Shown: positions 49,998 to 60,215 of the stretch, piece by piece
How the letters are laid out: each line of letters begins with the position of its first letter
How positions within the stretch are numbered: position 1 is the stretch's first letter
Origin: a bacterium
Lineage (GTDB): Bacteria; Desulfobacterota; DSWW01
DNA length: 64,000 nucleotides
Reading direction: 5' to 3'
Assembly: GCA_040756235.1 (NCBI GenBank)
Contig: JBFLZG010000042.1
Coordinates: forward strand, 1 to 64,000
Position numbers and translations under genes: made by a program
Notes under the pieces: generated by a model
The model's input: only the letters and a program-made list of their open reading frames with translations
What the model was told of the DNA's origin: nothing
Databases searched by the model: none

Positions 49998-50339
49998 ATG
50001 CACGAGATGGGCCTGGCCCAAAACATCCTGGATATCGTGCTGAGGAGCGCTCGGCAGAACCAGGCGAGCCGCATCGTACGGATTTCGGTCCGGGCGGGGC
50101 AGCTGCGCGGCATCGTTCCCGACCAGCTGCGGTTCTGCTTCGGCTTCGTGGCCAAGGACTCCATGGCCGAAGGCGCGGAGCTTGCGATCCAGACGGTCCC
50201 GATCCGGGCGAAGTGCAAGCGCTGCAGTCAGGAGTTCCAGGTGGAGGAGTTCCGGTTCGTCTGCCCGGGTTGCGAGAACGTGGACCTGGAGCTGCTTCAG
50301 GGCAAGGAGCTGATGATCGAGAACATCGAAGTGATCTGA
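49998..50339 (+). CDS. hypA: Nickel metallochaperone HypA
   Basis: MHE N-terminus, CKRC...CPGC, GKEL. Confidence 0.95.
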   Translation: MHEMGLAQNILDIVLRSARQNQASRIVRISVRAGQLRGIVPDQLRFCFGFVAKDSMAEGAELAIQTVPIRAKCKRCSQEFQVEEFRFVCPGCENVDLELLQGKELMIENIEVI

Positions 50340-50390
50340 CGCCCGCGCACGCCTGTCCCGTCGCTCCCGACTCCGGTCCGAGGAAGCGTC

Positions 50391-51707
50391 TTGGATTTTC
50401 CCACTTTCTTCATCGAAACTCTCGGCTGCCAGATGAACGAGCAGGACTCGCTGCGGATGCGGCACCGGCTCGCCCAGGCGGGGTATCGCCCGGCCAGCCG
50501 GCCCGAGGAAGCGGACGTTCTGATCGTCAATACCTGCAGCATCCGGCAAAAGGCGGAAGACAAAGCATACAGCGTCCTCGGCAGGTACCGGCTGATCAAG
50601 AAATCGCGGCCCGGCTGCCTCATCGCGGTAGCCGGATGCCTGGCGCAGCAGAAGGGAGAGGCGCTCCTGGAACGCGTGCCGGATCTGGACTTGGTCTTCG
50701 GGCCGCGCCGGGTGATCGAGGTGGACCGCCTTCTGGAGGAGTGCCGGCAGCGCCCCGGGACGCTCGTCGCCCCGTCCCGATCCGCCGGGGGACCGGATGA
50801 GCTGGATTGCCCCGGTGTAACCGACGAGACCGGTCTGAAGGCTTACGTCACGATCATGGAAGGCTGCGACAATGGCTGCAGCTACTGCATCGTCCCCCGG
50901 GTCCGGGGCAGGAAGAGGAGCCGGCCTCACCGGTCGATCCGCGAGGAGGCGTTGCAGCTCGTCTCTCGAGGGGTGCGGGAGATCACGGTTCTGGGCCAGA
51001 ACGTAACCGCCTACCGCTGCCCGGAAGACGAACATTTCGCCTTTCCGGAGCTGCTGAACATGCTGTGCCGCATCGACGGTCTGGAGAGGCTGCGCTTCAC
51101 CACCTCTCACCCCAAGGACACGGGGCCGGAGCTGATCGAGTGCTTCGGCCGGCTCGCCCCCCTGTGCGAGCACGTTCATCTGCCGCTGCAATCCGGCAGC
51201 GACCGCATGCTGCGCGCGATGAGGAGAGGGTACACCCTCGAGGAATACCTCGAAACCATCCGCGCCCTGCGGGACAGGGTCCCGGAGATCGCCGTTACGT
51301 CCGACATCATCGTCGGCTTTCCGGGCGAGGAGGAAAAGGACTTCGAGGACACTCTGGAGGCGATACGAGCCATTCGATTCGATAATCTGTTTTCCTTCAA
51401 GTTCTCGCCGCGGCCCGGGACCCGGGCTTCCCTGCTCGCCCGTCCCCTGCCGGAGTCGGAGAAGGCGCGCAGGCTCGAAATCCTCCAGGATGCCCAGCGC
51501 GCGATCTCCCTTTCCAAGAACCGGCGCCTGGAGCAAACGGAAGTCGAGGTGCTCGTGGAGGGCAGGAGCCGGTCCGGGGACCAGTGGACGGGACGGACCC
51601 GAACGAACAAGATCGTGAACTTCGCCGGGCCGGTCGGGCTCTTCGGGAGTATGCGGCCCGTCACGATCGTGCACGGGGGCCCGAACTCGCTCCTGGGGCG
51701 GCTCTGA
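50391..51707 (+). CDS. miaB: tRNA methylthiotransferase MiaB
   Basis: TLGCQMN, NTCSIR, GCDNGCSYCIVP, RFTTSHP, TRAM domain. Confidence 0.93.
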   Translation: MDFPTFFIETLGCQMNEQDSLRMRHRLAQAGYRPASRPEEADVLIVNTCSIRQKAEDKAYSVLGRYRLIKKSRPGCLIAVAGCLAQQKGEALLERVPDLDLVFGPRRVIEVDRLLEECRQRPGTLVAPSRSAGGPDELDCPGVTDETGLKAYVTIMEGCDNGCSYCIVPRVRGRKRSRPHRSIREEALQLVSRGVREITVLGQNVTAYRCPEDEHFAFPELLNMLCRIDGLERLRFTTSHPKDTGPELIECFGRLAPLCEHVHLPLQSGSDRMLRAMRRGYTLEEYLETIRALRDRVPEIAVTSDIIVGFPGEEEKDFEDTLEAIRAIRFDNLFSFKFSPRPGTRASLLARPLPESEKARRLEILQDAQRAISLSKNRRLEQTEVEVLVEGRSRSGDQWTGRTRTNKIVNFAGPVGLFGSMRPVTIVHGGPNSLLGRL

Positions 51708-51800
51708 AGAACAAGGGACGGGAAAGATCCCTTGACACCTCGCGTGCCGGGTGTGAGATAATGGCGCCTGTCACGCGTCGGACGCCAAAGGGAGAGCCTC

Positions 51801-52304
51801 ATGTTTCTAGAAATGAAGATCGCAGGGATCACGCTCGATCCCTCCTCCAATATGCCCATCATCATTTTGAAAGACCTGAATGGGGACAATGCGCTTCCCA
51901 TCTGGATCGGGATCGCCGAGGCCAGCGCGATCGCCACCAAGCTGGAAAACATCGATCTCGCCCGGCCGATGACCCATGATCTGCTGCGGAACATCCTGGC
52001 CAAGCTCGAGGTCAAGCTGGAGAAGATCGAAGTAACGGATCTCCGCGACAATACGTTCTACGCGAACATCTACCTCAAGGTGGGCAACCAGGTGGTGCCG
52101 GTCGATTCCCGCCCCAGCGATGCCATCGCCCTGGCCCTGCGCACCGATTCGCCCATCTTCGTTGATGAAGAGGTGATCAAGAAGTCCAGGCGCTCCGACC
52201 TCAAAGTGGACAAGGCAGAGGAAGGATCCGAGGGGCAGAAGGACCGGTGGACGGAAATTCTTGAGAGCCTGTCACCGGACGCTTTCGGCAAATACAAGAT
52301 GTAA
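51801..52304 (+). CDS. DUF151/bifunctional nuclease family protein (cytoplasmic type)
   Basis: LPIWIG, RPMTHDL, DSRPSDAIALA, FGKYKM end; follows miaB. Confidence 0.9.
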   Translation: MFLEMKIAGITLDPSSNMPIIILKDLNGDNALPIWIGIAEASAIATKLENIDLARPMTHDLLRNILAKLEVKLEKIEVTDLRDNTFYANIYLKVGNQVVPVDSRPSDAIALALRTDSPIFVDEEVIKKSRRSDLKVDKAEEGSEGQKDRWTEILESLSPDAFGKYKM

Positions 52305-52480
52305 GCCTTCGCATTCCGCTTTCCTCCCTCCTTTGAAACCTCGCCCGCACAGGGCGTTTGCGAGTTCTTTCCGTGCCGCCCGCCGCCGATCCCCCGGCAT
52401 GCCTCCGACGGCCCTTCACGGTGGGCATTACCTTGTCTCAGGGCGAGGGCGCATCTTTTCGTGTGTTTTTTTGATGAAAA

Positions 52481-54565
52481 ATGGTAAATTTTTTCCCACC
52501 TCCTTCCGATGTTGATTCTTGGGAGTCGGATGAGGGTAAGGGTCCGGCATCGGTGCCGGCGCAGGCTTCGTGGGAAGGAAAGTCCGGGGGGGATCCTGAC
52601 TCGATGCTCGCACAGAAGCGACCCGCAGGTTCGAGCGACCGGCAAATCCAGGCGATGCTCGCCGATGCGTTGGGACCTCACCTCGCCGATTTTCGATCGA
52701 GCGGGCCCGAAGGCGGCCTGCCCCGCCTGGAGACTTTCGACAGCATCCTGTACAGCCTGGACAAGCAGGATCTCATCCAGATTCTGAAGACCACGGAGAT
52801 CTTGTCGGCGGCGGTGAGCCCTCGGGTTGCCCTGCACACTCTGGTGCGGAAGGTCGCCGAGATCCTGGACGCGTCCCGCTGCTCCCTGATCTTCCTGTCC
52901 CGGGACAGGAAGGCCGGGACCGTGGCCATTTCCCATGAGGCGGTCGACTTCGAGGGCGTGACCATCTCGCTGGACGTCTATCCGGAGATCCTGCAGGCCG
53001 TGCAGAGCGGGGCCATCACGATCGTCAAGGATCCGGCCCGGGATCCGCTGATGCACGCTCTCAAGCAAGAGCAGCTGCGCACGATTCGGGATGTCTCCAT
53101 CATGTCGCTGCCGCTGGTCTTCCGCAAACAGGCCTTTGCAGTCCTGCTGGTGCGCAAGCGCCGCTCCGAGGAGGGTTTCAACATCCGCGAGGTGAGGATG
53201 TGCCAGCTCGTCCTCGGAATGGTCGTCAGGACCTTGCAGCGCATGTGCGAGGGACCGGGAGCCGAGGAGACGGCGAAGCCCGGGTCGACCCCGGCGCAGC
53301 CGGAGGAGGGCGGCACGGGTTTGGGGAAGGACTCGATCCTGTTTCGGGCGGCTCCGGTCGGCATCCTCCTGCTCGACCGCAACGACCGGGTGATCCGGGC
53401 CAATCCGCAAGCCAGCGAGATCACCGGCATCCCGGAGGAAACACTGGTGGGGATGAGCTACGCCGAGATCGTACCGGCCGAACGGATCGAAGAGATCCGG
53501 CGCATGCGGAAGTCGCTCGCTGCCGAAGGGGAGCTGCTGCGCTATCATCTCAGCTATCAGGGTCCCGGGGAAGAGACGAAGACCCTTTCCTTCGAGCGCC
53601 ATCCGCTGGCGGCGCCCGACGGTCACGCCTGTATCTTCTTCCGCGATGTAACCAAGGAGAAGGAGCTGGAAGAACATCTGCAGGGGAAGACGCGTCAGCT
53701 CACCAAGGCCAACCGCAGACTGCAGGAGGCACGGTCGTCCCTCCTGCAGCGCAATCGGGAACTCCACCGGACGAACGAGCGTCTGGAGGAGCTGCACAAA
53801 ATGAAGACGGCTTTTCTCGCCATCGCCACCCATGAGATCCGCACGCCGCTGAGCATCATCCTGGGATACGACCGCATTCTGCTGCAGGAGAAGTTCGGGT
53901 CTCTCAAACAAGAGCAGCGGAGAATCCTGGACGAGTCGGTCCAAAGCTGCGAGCGGCTCCTCAATATCGTCAACGAGATGCTCGACTTCACCAAGCTCGA
54001 GAGCGGTAAGTGGAAGCTCCAGCAGAGAGAGGATGACATCGTGCCTCTGCTGAGAAGGGTGTACCGCCAGATGAAGATGATCTCCGAGCGCGCGGGCATC
54101 CGCTTCGACCTCGATCTGCCGGAAGGCCCCACCCGTCTGTTCTTCGACCCGGATCGCATCGAGCAGGTGCTCGTGAATCTGCTGAGCAACGCCATCAAGT
54201 TCACTCCTGAGGGAGGCAGCATCAGCCTTGCGGCCGCGCCGAAGGGAGGCCCCGGGTCCGGCTGGTTCGAGATCGCCGTCTCCGACACCGGCAGCGGCTT
54301 GCCCCCGGAGTCGCTGAACAAAGTGTTCGATGGGCTGTACCCCTTTTCTGCCGAGAGTAGCGAGCGCGGTGGGGCCAAGAGCATGGGGGTGGGGCTGGGG
54401 CTGGGGATCAGCAAGCGGATCATCGAGGCGCACGGAGGCCGCATCGAGGCGAGAAGCCGGGAAGGACAGGGGTCCACTTTCCTCTTTTGTCTGCCGCTCC
54501 AGGCGGATCGGACTTCGCCGGCTCCGCAGGAAGCGGACAGCGTGCGCAAGGGCCAGCCGGCATGA
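52481..54565 (+). CDS. GAF-PAS sensor histidine kinase
   Basis: H-box ATHEIRTPL, NLLSNAIKFT, DTGSG, GLGLGI; no TM; start uncertain. Confidence 0.9.
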   Translation: MVNFFPPPSDVDSWESDEGKGPASVPAQASWEGKSGGDPDSMLAQKRPAGSSDRQIQAMLADALGPHLADFRSSGPEGGLPRLETFDSILYSLDKQDLIQILKTTEILSAAVSPRVALHTLVRKVAEILDASRCSLIFLSRDRKAGTVAISHEAVDFEGVTISLDVYPEILQAVQSGAITIVKDPARDPLMHALKQEQLRTIRDVSIMSLPLVFRKQAFAVLLVRKRRSEEGFNIREVRMCQLVLGMVVRTLQRMCEGPGAEETAKPGSTPAQPEEGGTGLGKDSILFRAAPVGILLLDRNDRVIRANPQASEITGIPEETLVGMSYAEIVPAERIEEIRRMRKSLAAEGELLRYHLSYQGPGEETKTLSFERHPLAAPDGHACIFFRDVTKEKELEEHLQGKTRQLTKANRRLQEARSSLLQRNRELHRTNERLEELHKMKTAFLAIATHEIRTPLSIILGYDRILLQEKFGSLKQEQRRILDESVQSCERLLNIVNEMLDFTKLESGKWKLQQREDDIVPLLRRVYRQMKMISERAGIRFDLDLPEGPTRLFFDPDRIEQVLVNLLSNAIKFTPEGGSISLAAAPKGGPGSGWFEIAVSDTGSGLPPESLNKVFDGLYPFSAESSERGGAKSMGVGLGLGISKRIIEAHGGRIEARSREGQGSTFLFCLPLQADRTSPAPQEADSVRKGQPA

Positions 54566-55950
54566 GCCGAAAGCATCTGGCAGTGATCGACGACGACAGG
54601 AGCTTTCGTGCCTACCTGGAGACCCTCCTGCAATCGATGGGCTATCAGGTGAGCTGTTTCGCCTCCGGGGAGGAAGCTCTTGGCGCCTTTGAGAAGGGGC
54701 TGGATCCGAGCCTGGTCATCCTGGACATCATCATGGAAGGGTTGAGCGGGGTCGAGGTTCTGAAGAAGCTTCGCGCCATGAGAGAACAGCTGCCGGTCAT
54801 CATGCTCACGGGAGTGGACCACACCCAGACGATCGTAGAGGCGATGCGCCTGGGAGCCAGCGACTACCTGGTCAAGCCTTTCGAGCCGGAAGAGATCGAG
54901 ATCGCACTGAAGAATGTCTTCGAGAGGGCCGGCCTGGTGGAGGAGATCCGGCGCTTGCGGGAACGGCTCGAGCGAGACGATGGCGAGGAAGGCATCTTCC
55001 TCAGCGAGAAGATGCGTTCGGTCGAAGAGGTGATCCTGCAGGTCGCAGAAACGGACGTGACCGTGCTGATCCACGGAGAAAGCGGCGTCGGCAAGGAGGT
55101 GGTGGCCCGCAGGGTTCATGCCCTGTCCCATAGGTCCGCACGCCCTTTCGTCAAGGTGAACTGTGCCGCGTTGCCGCAGGACCTGCTGGAAAGCGAGCTG
55201 TTCGGGTACGAAAAGGGAGCCTTCACCGGTGCGACCCGGACGAAGCCCGGCAAGTTCGAGCTGGCCGAGGGCGGCACCATCTTTCTGGATGAGATCGGCG
55301 AGATCAGCCTGGCCACCCAGGCCAAGCTCTTGCAGGTCCTGCAAGACGGAGAGTACGCGCACCTCGGAGGCAAGCTGAACCTGCGGGTGGACGTCCGGGT
55401 GCTGGCGGCGACCAACAAGAACCTCGAAGCGATGATCGCAGAAAGATCTTTTCGTGAGGACCTGTATTACCGGCTCAACGTGATCAACCTCCATGTCCCT
55501 CCGCTGAGGGAGCGCAAGGAGGAGATCCCGGTCTTCTGCGAGAGCTTCCTCAAGAAGTTCTCGCGCCAGTTCAACAAGAAGGTCCCGCGCCTGCCGGACA
55601 CGCTCCTGGATGCCTTCCAGCGACACGATTGGCCCGGCAATATCCGGGAGCTCGAGAACATGATCAAGCGCTACGTCGTGCTCCGGGACGAGAGGATCAT
55701 CCACAATGAGCTGGCCGCCAGCTCGCCCATGGTGATCGAGGAGATCGATCTGGATTTTTCCGAGCTCATCGAGAGCGGGCGGCCGACGGCCCTGAAGGAG
55801 ATCGACAAGCAGGTGGCCCGCAAGGCCGAGGGCGCGTTGATCTCACGCGTCTTGCAGCACACGCGGGGCAACAAGCGGAAGGCGGCCGAGATTCTGCAGA
55901 TCAGCTACAAGGCCCTCCTTTACAAGATCAAGGAATGCGGGTTCGCTTGA
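54562..55950 (+). CDS. Sigma54-dependent response regulator 1
   Basis: Receiver IDDD...[25 protein letters not shown], Fis-type HTH. Confidence 0.95.
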   Translation: MSRKHLAVIDDDRSFRAYLETLLQSMGYQVSCFASGEEALGAFEKGLDPSLVILDIIMEGLSGVEVLKKLRAMREQLPVIMLTGVDHTQTIVEAMRLGASDYLVKPFEPEEIEIALKNVFERAGLVEEIRRLRERLERDDGEEGIFLSEKMRSVEEVILQVAETDVTVLIHGESGVGKEVVARRVHALSHRSARPFVKVNCAALPQDLLESELFGYEKGAFTGATRTKPGKFELAEGGTIFLDEIGEISLATQAKLLQVLQDGEYAHLGGKLNLRVDVRVLAATNKNLEAMIAERSFREDLYYRLNVINLHVPPLRERKEEIPVFCESFLKKFSRQFNKKVPRLPDTLLDAFQRHDWPGNIRELENMIKRYVVLRDERIIHNELAASSPMVIEEIDLDFSELIESGRPTALKEIDKQVARKAEGALISRVLQHTRGNKRKAAEILQISYKALLYKIKECGFA

Positions 55951-56015
55951 GCCGGGCCGCGAACTGCGGGCGGCCAAGCTCTGACTCGGACAGGCGCTGA
56001 AGAGGTTCTGGCTGC

Positions 56016-57407
56016 ATGGAGAAGAACAGCATTCTGATCGCCGACGGGGACAAGAGCCTGCTGCTCTACATGCGCGATTTCCTGAGCCGGCTCGGTTACC
56101 GGACGTACTGCGCGGACACCGGCGACAAGACCATTCACCTGGTCCGCACGGTCCAGCCTGCGGTCGTGCTCCTCGATCTGAACCTGCCCGGCAAGGACGG
56201 GCTCGAGACCCTCCAGGAGATCATGAAGGTCCCGGAAGACATCCACGTGGTCATGATGAGCGCCAACGGCCTGGCCAAGGCGGTCGTCACCACGATGAAA
56301 ATGGGAGCGATGGATTTTCTCCACAAGCCGTTCGACCAGGACGAGCTGCTGGTCACGATCGGCAAGCAGATGAACCGCAGGGATCTGATCTGTGAGGCGA
56401 AGCTGCTGCGCGAGGAAATTCACCGAAAGGGGGAATTCCAGCGCCTCTTTCACAACAGTGAAAAGATGAAGGAGGTCCAGTCGATCGTGGAGCAGGTGGC
56501 GGACACGGACATCACGGTGCTCATCCAGGGGGAGAGCGGCACGGGCAAGGAGCTGATTGCCAAAGCCATTTCCATGCTCTCTTCCAGGCGCGCCAAGCCC
56601 TTCCTGAAGGTCAACTGCGCGGCCCTGCCCGAGCCGCTCCTGGAAAGCGAGATGTTCGGCTACGAGAAGGGCGCCTTCACCGGGGCCGACAGCCGCAAGC
56701 CCGGCAAGTTCGAGCTGGCCGACGGCGGCACGATCTTCCTGGATGAGATCAGCGAGATGGCGGCCCCGCTGCAGGCCAAGCTCCTGCAGGTTCTGCAGGA
56801 CAAGCAATTCGCCCACCTTGGGGGCAAGGAAGACATCCAAGTGGACGTGCGCGTGATCGCGGCGACCAATCAGAACCTGGGCAGAAGCGTGGCCGAGGGA
56901 ACGTTTCGGGAAGACCTCTATTACCGGCTCAACGTGGTGAACATCCAGGTGCCTCCCTTGCGGGAACGCAAAGAGGAGATCCCGGTGTTGGTCGCGTACT
57001 TTACCGCCAAGTATACCCAGGAATTCAAGCGCAAAGCTCCGCGGCTTTCCGAGGAGTTGCTGGATCTCTTCCAGCGTTACCGTTGGCCGGGAAACATCCG
57101 AGAGCTCGAGAACGTGCTCAAGAAGATCGTGATCCTGGGCAGCGACGGATCGGTCCGCGGCGAGCTCAAGAAAAAGTGTCAAGCCGACGGTGACGATCCT
57201 GCGGAGGCGAAGAGGTCGGCCCGGCAGGATGGAGATCGGCTGGCGCTCAAGACCTTCAGCAAAGAGGCGATCCGCCGCGCCGAGCGGGAGATCATCGGGA
57301 AGATCTTGCAGCGGACCTGCTGGAACCGGAAGAAGGCTGCGGATCTGCTGCAGATCAGCTACAAGGCCTTGCTGTACAAGATCAAGGAGACGGGTCTGGA
57401 GAGCTAG
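56016..57407 (+). CDS. Sigma54-dependent response regulator 2
   Basis: Receiver [24 protein letters not shown]. Confidence 0.95.
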   Translation: MEKNSILIADGDKSLLLYMRDFLSRLGYRTYCADTGDKTIHLVRTVQPAVVLLDLNLPGKDGLETLQEIMKVPEDIHVVMMSANGLAKAVVTTMKMGAMDFLHKPFDQDELLVTIGKQMNRRDLICEAKLLREEIHRKGEFQRLFHNSEKMKEVQSIVEQVADTDITVLIQGESGTGKELIAKAISMLSSRRAKPFLKVNCAALPEPLLESEMFGYEKGAFTGADSRKPGKFELADGGTIFLDEISEMAAPLQAKLLQVLQDKQFAHLGGKEDIQVDVRVIAATNQNLGRSVAEGTFREDLYYRLNVVNIQVPPLRERKEEIPVLVAYFTAKYTQEFKRKAPRLSEELLDLFQRYRWPGNIRELENVLKKIVILGSDGSVRGELKKKCQADGDDPAEAKRSARQDGDRLALKTFSKEAIRRAEREIIGKILQRTCWNRKKAADLLQISYKALLYKIKETGLES

Positions 57408-57410
57408 CCG

Positions 57411-57439
57411 GAGCCTGTCCCAAAACGCCCGTCTGCGGC
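57411..57439 (+). repeat. MITE left-end remnant
   Basis: GAGCCTGTCCCAAAACGCCCGTCTGCGGC, 3 bp after a stop codon. Confidence 0.65.
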
Positions 57440-57677
57440 CGACCCGGCTGATCCGGGCGCCGCCTGCACCTCTGAAACCTGACAATTCTGCCGGCCTGCC
57501 CCCGGTACCCTTGAACCGGGGACCCCTGCCGACCGAACAGACCGCAAAATTCGGACCTCTTCTCAAGAATTTCCTCCCACAGACCGAAATCAAGTAGAAG
57601 GGCACCCCCGGGCATCGTGCCCGTTCTCGCACCCTTGCGAGCGACCCCTGGCCATTCCATGCACGAGGACCCCAAGG

Positions 57678-59069
57678 ATGTCGAAGGTCAAGATTCTTCT
57701 GCTGGAGCCTGAAGAGAAGGCGGGAGAGGAGATCCGGGAGTTTCTGGTTGCCGACGGGCACACGGTCTGCCGGGTCGGCGACGAGGAAGCATGCCGGGAG
57801 GCCCTCGACCAGGAAATCTACGATGTGATGATCTATGAGACCAAGCTGCCCGCAAACGGCGTCCTCGATCTGGTGGAGCACTCGCGCAAAGTCAATTCCT
57901 TCGGGCTGGTGATCTGCTTGTGCGATTCGGGTGACATGGGTGTGATGCTGGAGGCGATGGAGAAAGGAGCGGATGCCTACATCAAACGACCGTTCCAGAA
58001 GGAGGAGCTTCGGATCACCCTGCACCGCCTCCTCGACTATCGCAGCCTCGTGGGAGCGAATTTCTATCTGCGCAGGACCCAGGATCTCATCTACCGTTTC
58101 GACGACATCATCGGGGACAGCCCGGAGCTGAAAAAGGTCCTCTCCATCGTGAAGAAGGTGGCTTTCAGCAACGCCTCGGTATTGATCGAGGGAGAGACCG
58201 GCACCGGAAAGGAGCTCATCGCCGGGGCGATCCACTACAACAGCTCCCGCAAGGACAAGAACTTCATCAAGGTCAACTGCGCCGCCCTCCAGGACACGCT
58301 TCTGGAAAGCGAGCTGTTCGGGCACGAAAAGGGGGCCTTCACGGGGGCGGACAAGCAAAGGGTCGGCCGCTTCGAGCAGGCCAACTTCGGCACGATCTTC
58401 CTGGACGAGATCGCGGACATGAGCGCCAGCACCCAGGCCAAGGTGCTCCGGGTTCTGCAGGAGCAGGAGTTCGAAAGGGTCGGGGGGACGAAGACCATCA
58501 AGGTCGACGTGCGGGTGCTGAGCGCCACCAACAAAGCCCTGAAGGAATTGATCGGCACCCGAAAATTCCGGGACGACCTCTACTACAGGCTGAACGTGGT
58601 GACGATCTACATCCCGCCCCTGCGCGAGCGCAGGGCCGACATCCTGCCCCTGGCGTATTACTTTCTCAGGCGCTTCTCCGGGGAGCTCAGCAAGAAGATC
58701 AAGGGGTTTTCTCCCGACGCGGAGAGAGTCCTGGAGAACTACGGATGGCTCGGAAACATCCGCGAGCTGCGCAACACCATCGAAAGGTCGGTGCTGCTGT
58801 GCGAGCAGGAGACCGTGCGTGCCGAGGACCTGTTCCTCTGCTGGAACGACGGGTCGGCAAACGACAACAACGGAGGCCACCAGATCCAACTGCCTTCCGA
58901 CGGGGTCCGGCTGGTCGACATGGAGAAGATGCTCGTCCTGGATGCGCTCGAGAAGGCGAACTGGGTGCAGAAGGAGGCGGCCCGGTTCCTGGGGATTTCG
59001 AGGCGGGTCATGCACTACAAGATCCAAAAGTTCGGCATCCGGAATCCCAATTGGGTGCGCAATCGATGA
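57678..59069 (+). CDS. Sigma54-dependent regulator 3 with atypical receiver
   Basis: GETGTGKE, GAFTGA, HTH; receiver LLLEPEE and MIYETKLP. Confidence 0.92.
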   Translation: MSKVKILLLEPEEKAGEEIREFLVADGHTVCRVGDEEACREALDQEIYDVMIYETKLPANGVLDLVEHSRKVNSFGLVICLCDSGDMGVMLEAMEKGADAYIKRPFQKEELRITLHRLLDYRSLVGANFYLRRTQDLIYRFDDIIGDSPELKKVLSIVKKVAFSNASVLIEGETGTGKELIAGAIHYNSSRKDKNFIKVNCAALQDTLLESELFGHEKGAFTGADKQRVGRFEQANFGTIFLDEIADMSASTQAKVLRVLQEQEFERVGGTKTIKVDVRVLSATNKALKELIGTRKFRDDLYYRLNVVTIYIPPLRERRADILPLAYYFLRRFSGELSKKIKGFSPDAERVLENYGWLGNIRELRNTIERSVLLCEQETVRAEDLFLCWNDGSANDNNGGHQIQLPSDGVRLVDMEKMLVLDALEKANWVQKEAARFLGISRRVMHYKIQKFGIRNPNWVRNR

Positions 59070-59247
59070 CGGGCCGTGACGAAATGGGGCAACGATCCGC
59101 TGGAACTCGGGTCTTCGCGCCGCATCCTGCTTCCAAGCCGCACTGCCCGGCGGCCCGCACGATGCTTGCAAGGCTTCATGTAACATCCTGAACATGCAGG
59201 CTTTGTCTAATTCTGGCCGGGCCGGGGCGAGTCCTGCGACGGACCGC

Positions 59248-59263
59248 TGGCAGAAAAGTTGCA
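59248..59263 (+). promoter_or_regulatory. Sigma54 -24/-12 promoter
   Basis: TGGCAGAAAAGTTGCA fits TGGCA-N6-TTGCW with correct GG/GC spacing. Confidence 0.7.
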
Positions 59264-59359
59264 GACTCTCGGAGGATGAAAGAGGATGGAAATGAGTTTC
59301 ACCCCTGCCGGGCCGATGAGCGGGTAGGGCACTCGTCGAGAGGTTTCCAGGAGGCTGCC

Positions 59360-59923
59360 ATGCACCAGGGGCGTGGGTCGAGTGAAAAGCCGGGGAGGAG
59401 CTTCCCCCGGGTGCTCTTCTTCGTCGTTTCGATCATGGCCGTGGGCCATTTCGGGTTCCATCGACCTGCGGCAGCCCTGCCCGGTGAAGCCACGCTGGTC
59501 TGGTCGCCTGCGCCGGAACAGGATGTTGCGGCCTACCAGATCCACATCGGGCCGGTCTCGCGGTACTCCCAGGCGTTCACCGGGTACGCGGACACGATCC
59601 AGGTCCCCGAGGACGCGTGCGTCCGGTCAGGAAACGTCCTCCGTTACCGACTCACCGGCCTGGATCCTGCCGCCGTTTACTGGGTTTCCGTCACCGCGGT
59701 CGATCAGGCAGGCAACGAGAGCTCCTTTTCCAACGAGAAGAGGATCCCCTCGGAAGATGCCCAGGTAGGGCCGGTTTCGCCGGGCTGCCGGTCCATGCCC
59801 GGCCTTTCCGGCGACGGTCTGCGGGCGAGCCTCACCGGCTGGATCGTGCTGCTGGCGTCCGTACCTCTTTGGGTGCTCCGGTTGCGAAAGGTATCGGCTC
59901 GCCGGATCCGCTGCCGAACCTAG
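59360..59923 (+). CDS. Exported fibronectin type III domain protein with C-terminal membrane anchor
   Basis: Signal-like N-terminus; LVWSPAPEQDVAAYQI, LTGLDP..YWVSVTAVDQAGNES; C-terminal GC, TM segment, basic tail. Confidence 0.7.
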   Translation: MHQGRGSSEKPGRSFPRVLFFVVSIMAVGHFGFHRPAAALPGEATLVWSPAPEQDVAAYQIHIGPVSRYSQAFTGYADTIQVPEDACVRSGNVLRYRLTGLDPAAVYWVSVTAVDQAGNESSFSNEKRIPSEDAQVGPVSPGCRSMPGLSGDGLRASLTGWIVLLASVPLWVLRLRKVSARRIRCRT

Positions 59924-60215
59924 CGCAAGAGCTCCCCGCCGGCATCGGGTCCCTCCTGTCGCGACTTCGTGCGCCGGGCCAGGCGCTCTCTTTCGCTTCC
60001 CGACGATAGACGGCTGAAGACCGACAGCGGATCCCTCGGCCCCTGCGCCGTGCGCCAGACGCATGCGGAGCGCGCGCTTCCGCACCTTGCCGAACCGTTC
60101 CGGAATTGACATTTCCCTTCCCCCTTTGTAGTGTCATTCTCAAGATCCTCGCCTTCTCCCTCTTGTACCTTTGCCAGCAGAACAGACGAGTCTGGGTCCT
60201 CAAGGAGGCGTTCAG

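Noticed and set aside
59155..59170. Second sigma54 promoter CCGCACGATGCTTGCA
   Set aside because: Lacks the invariant GG at -25/-24; the site at 59248 fits better.
55920..59195. 1091-aa minus-strand ORF and other long antisense ORFs (e.g. 49269-51674, 52070-54433, 3083-4651)
   Set aside because: Shadow frames opposite clearly recognisable genes in high-GC DNA; no protein motifs.
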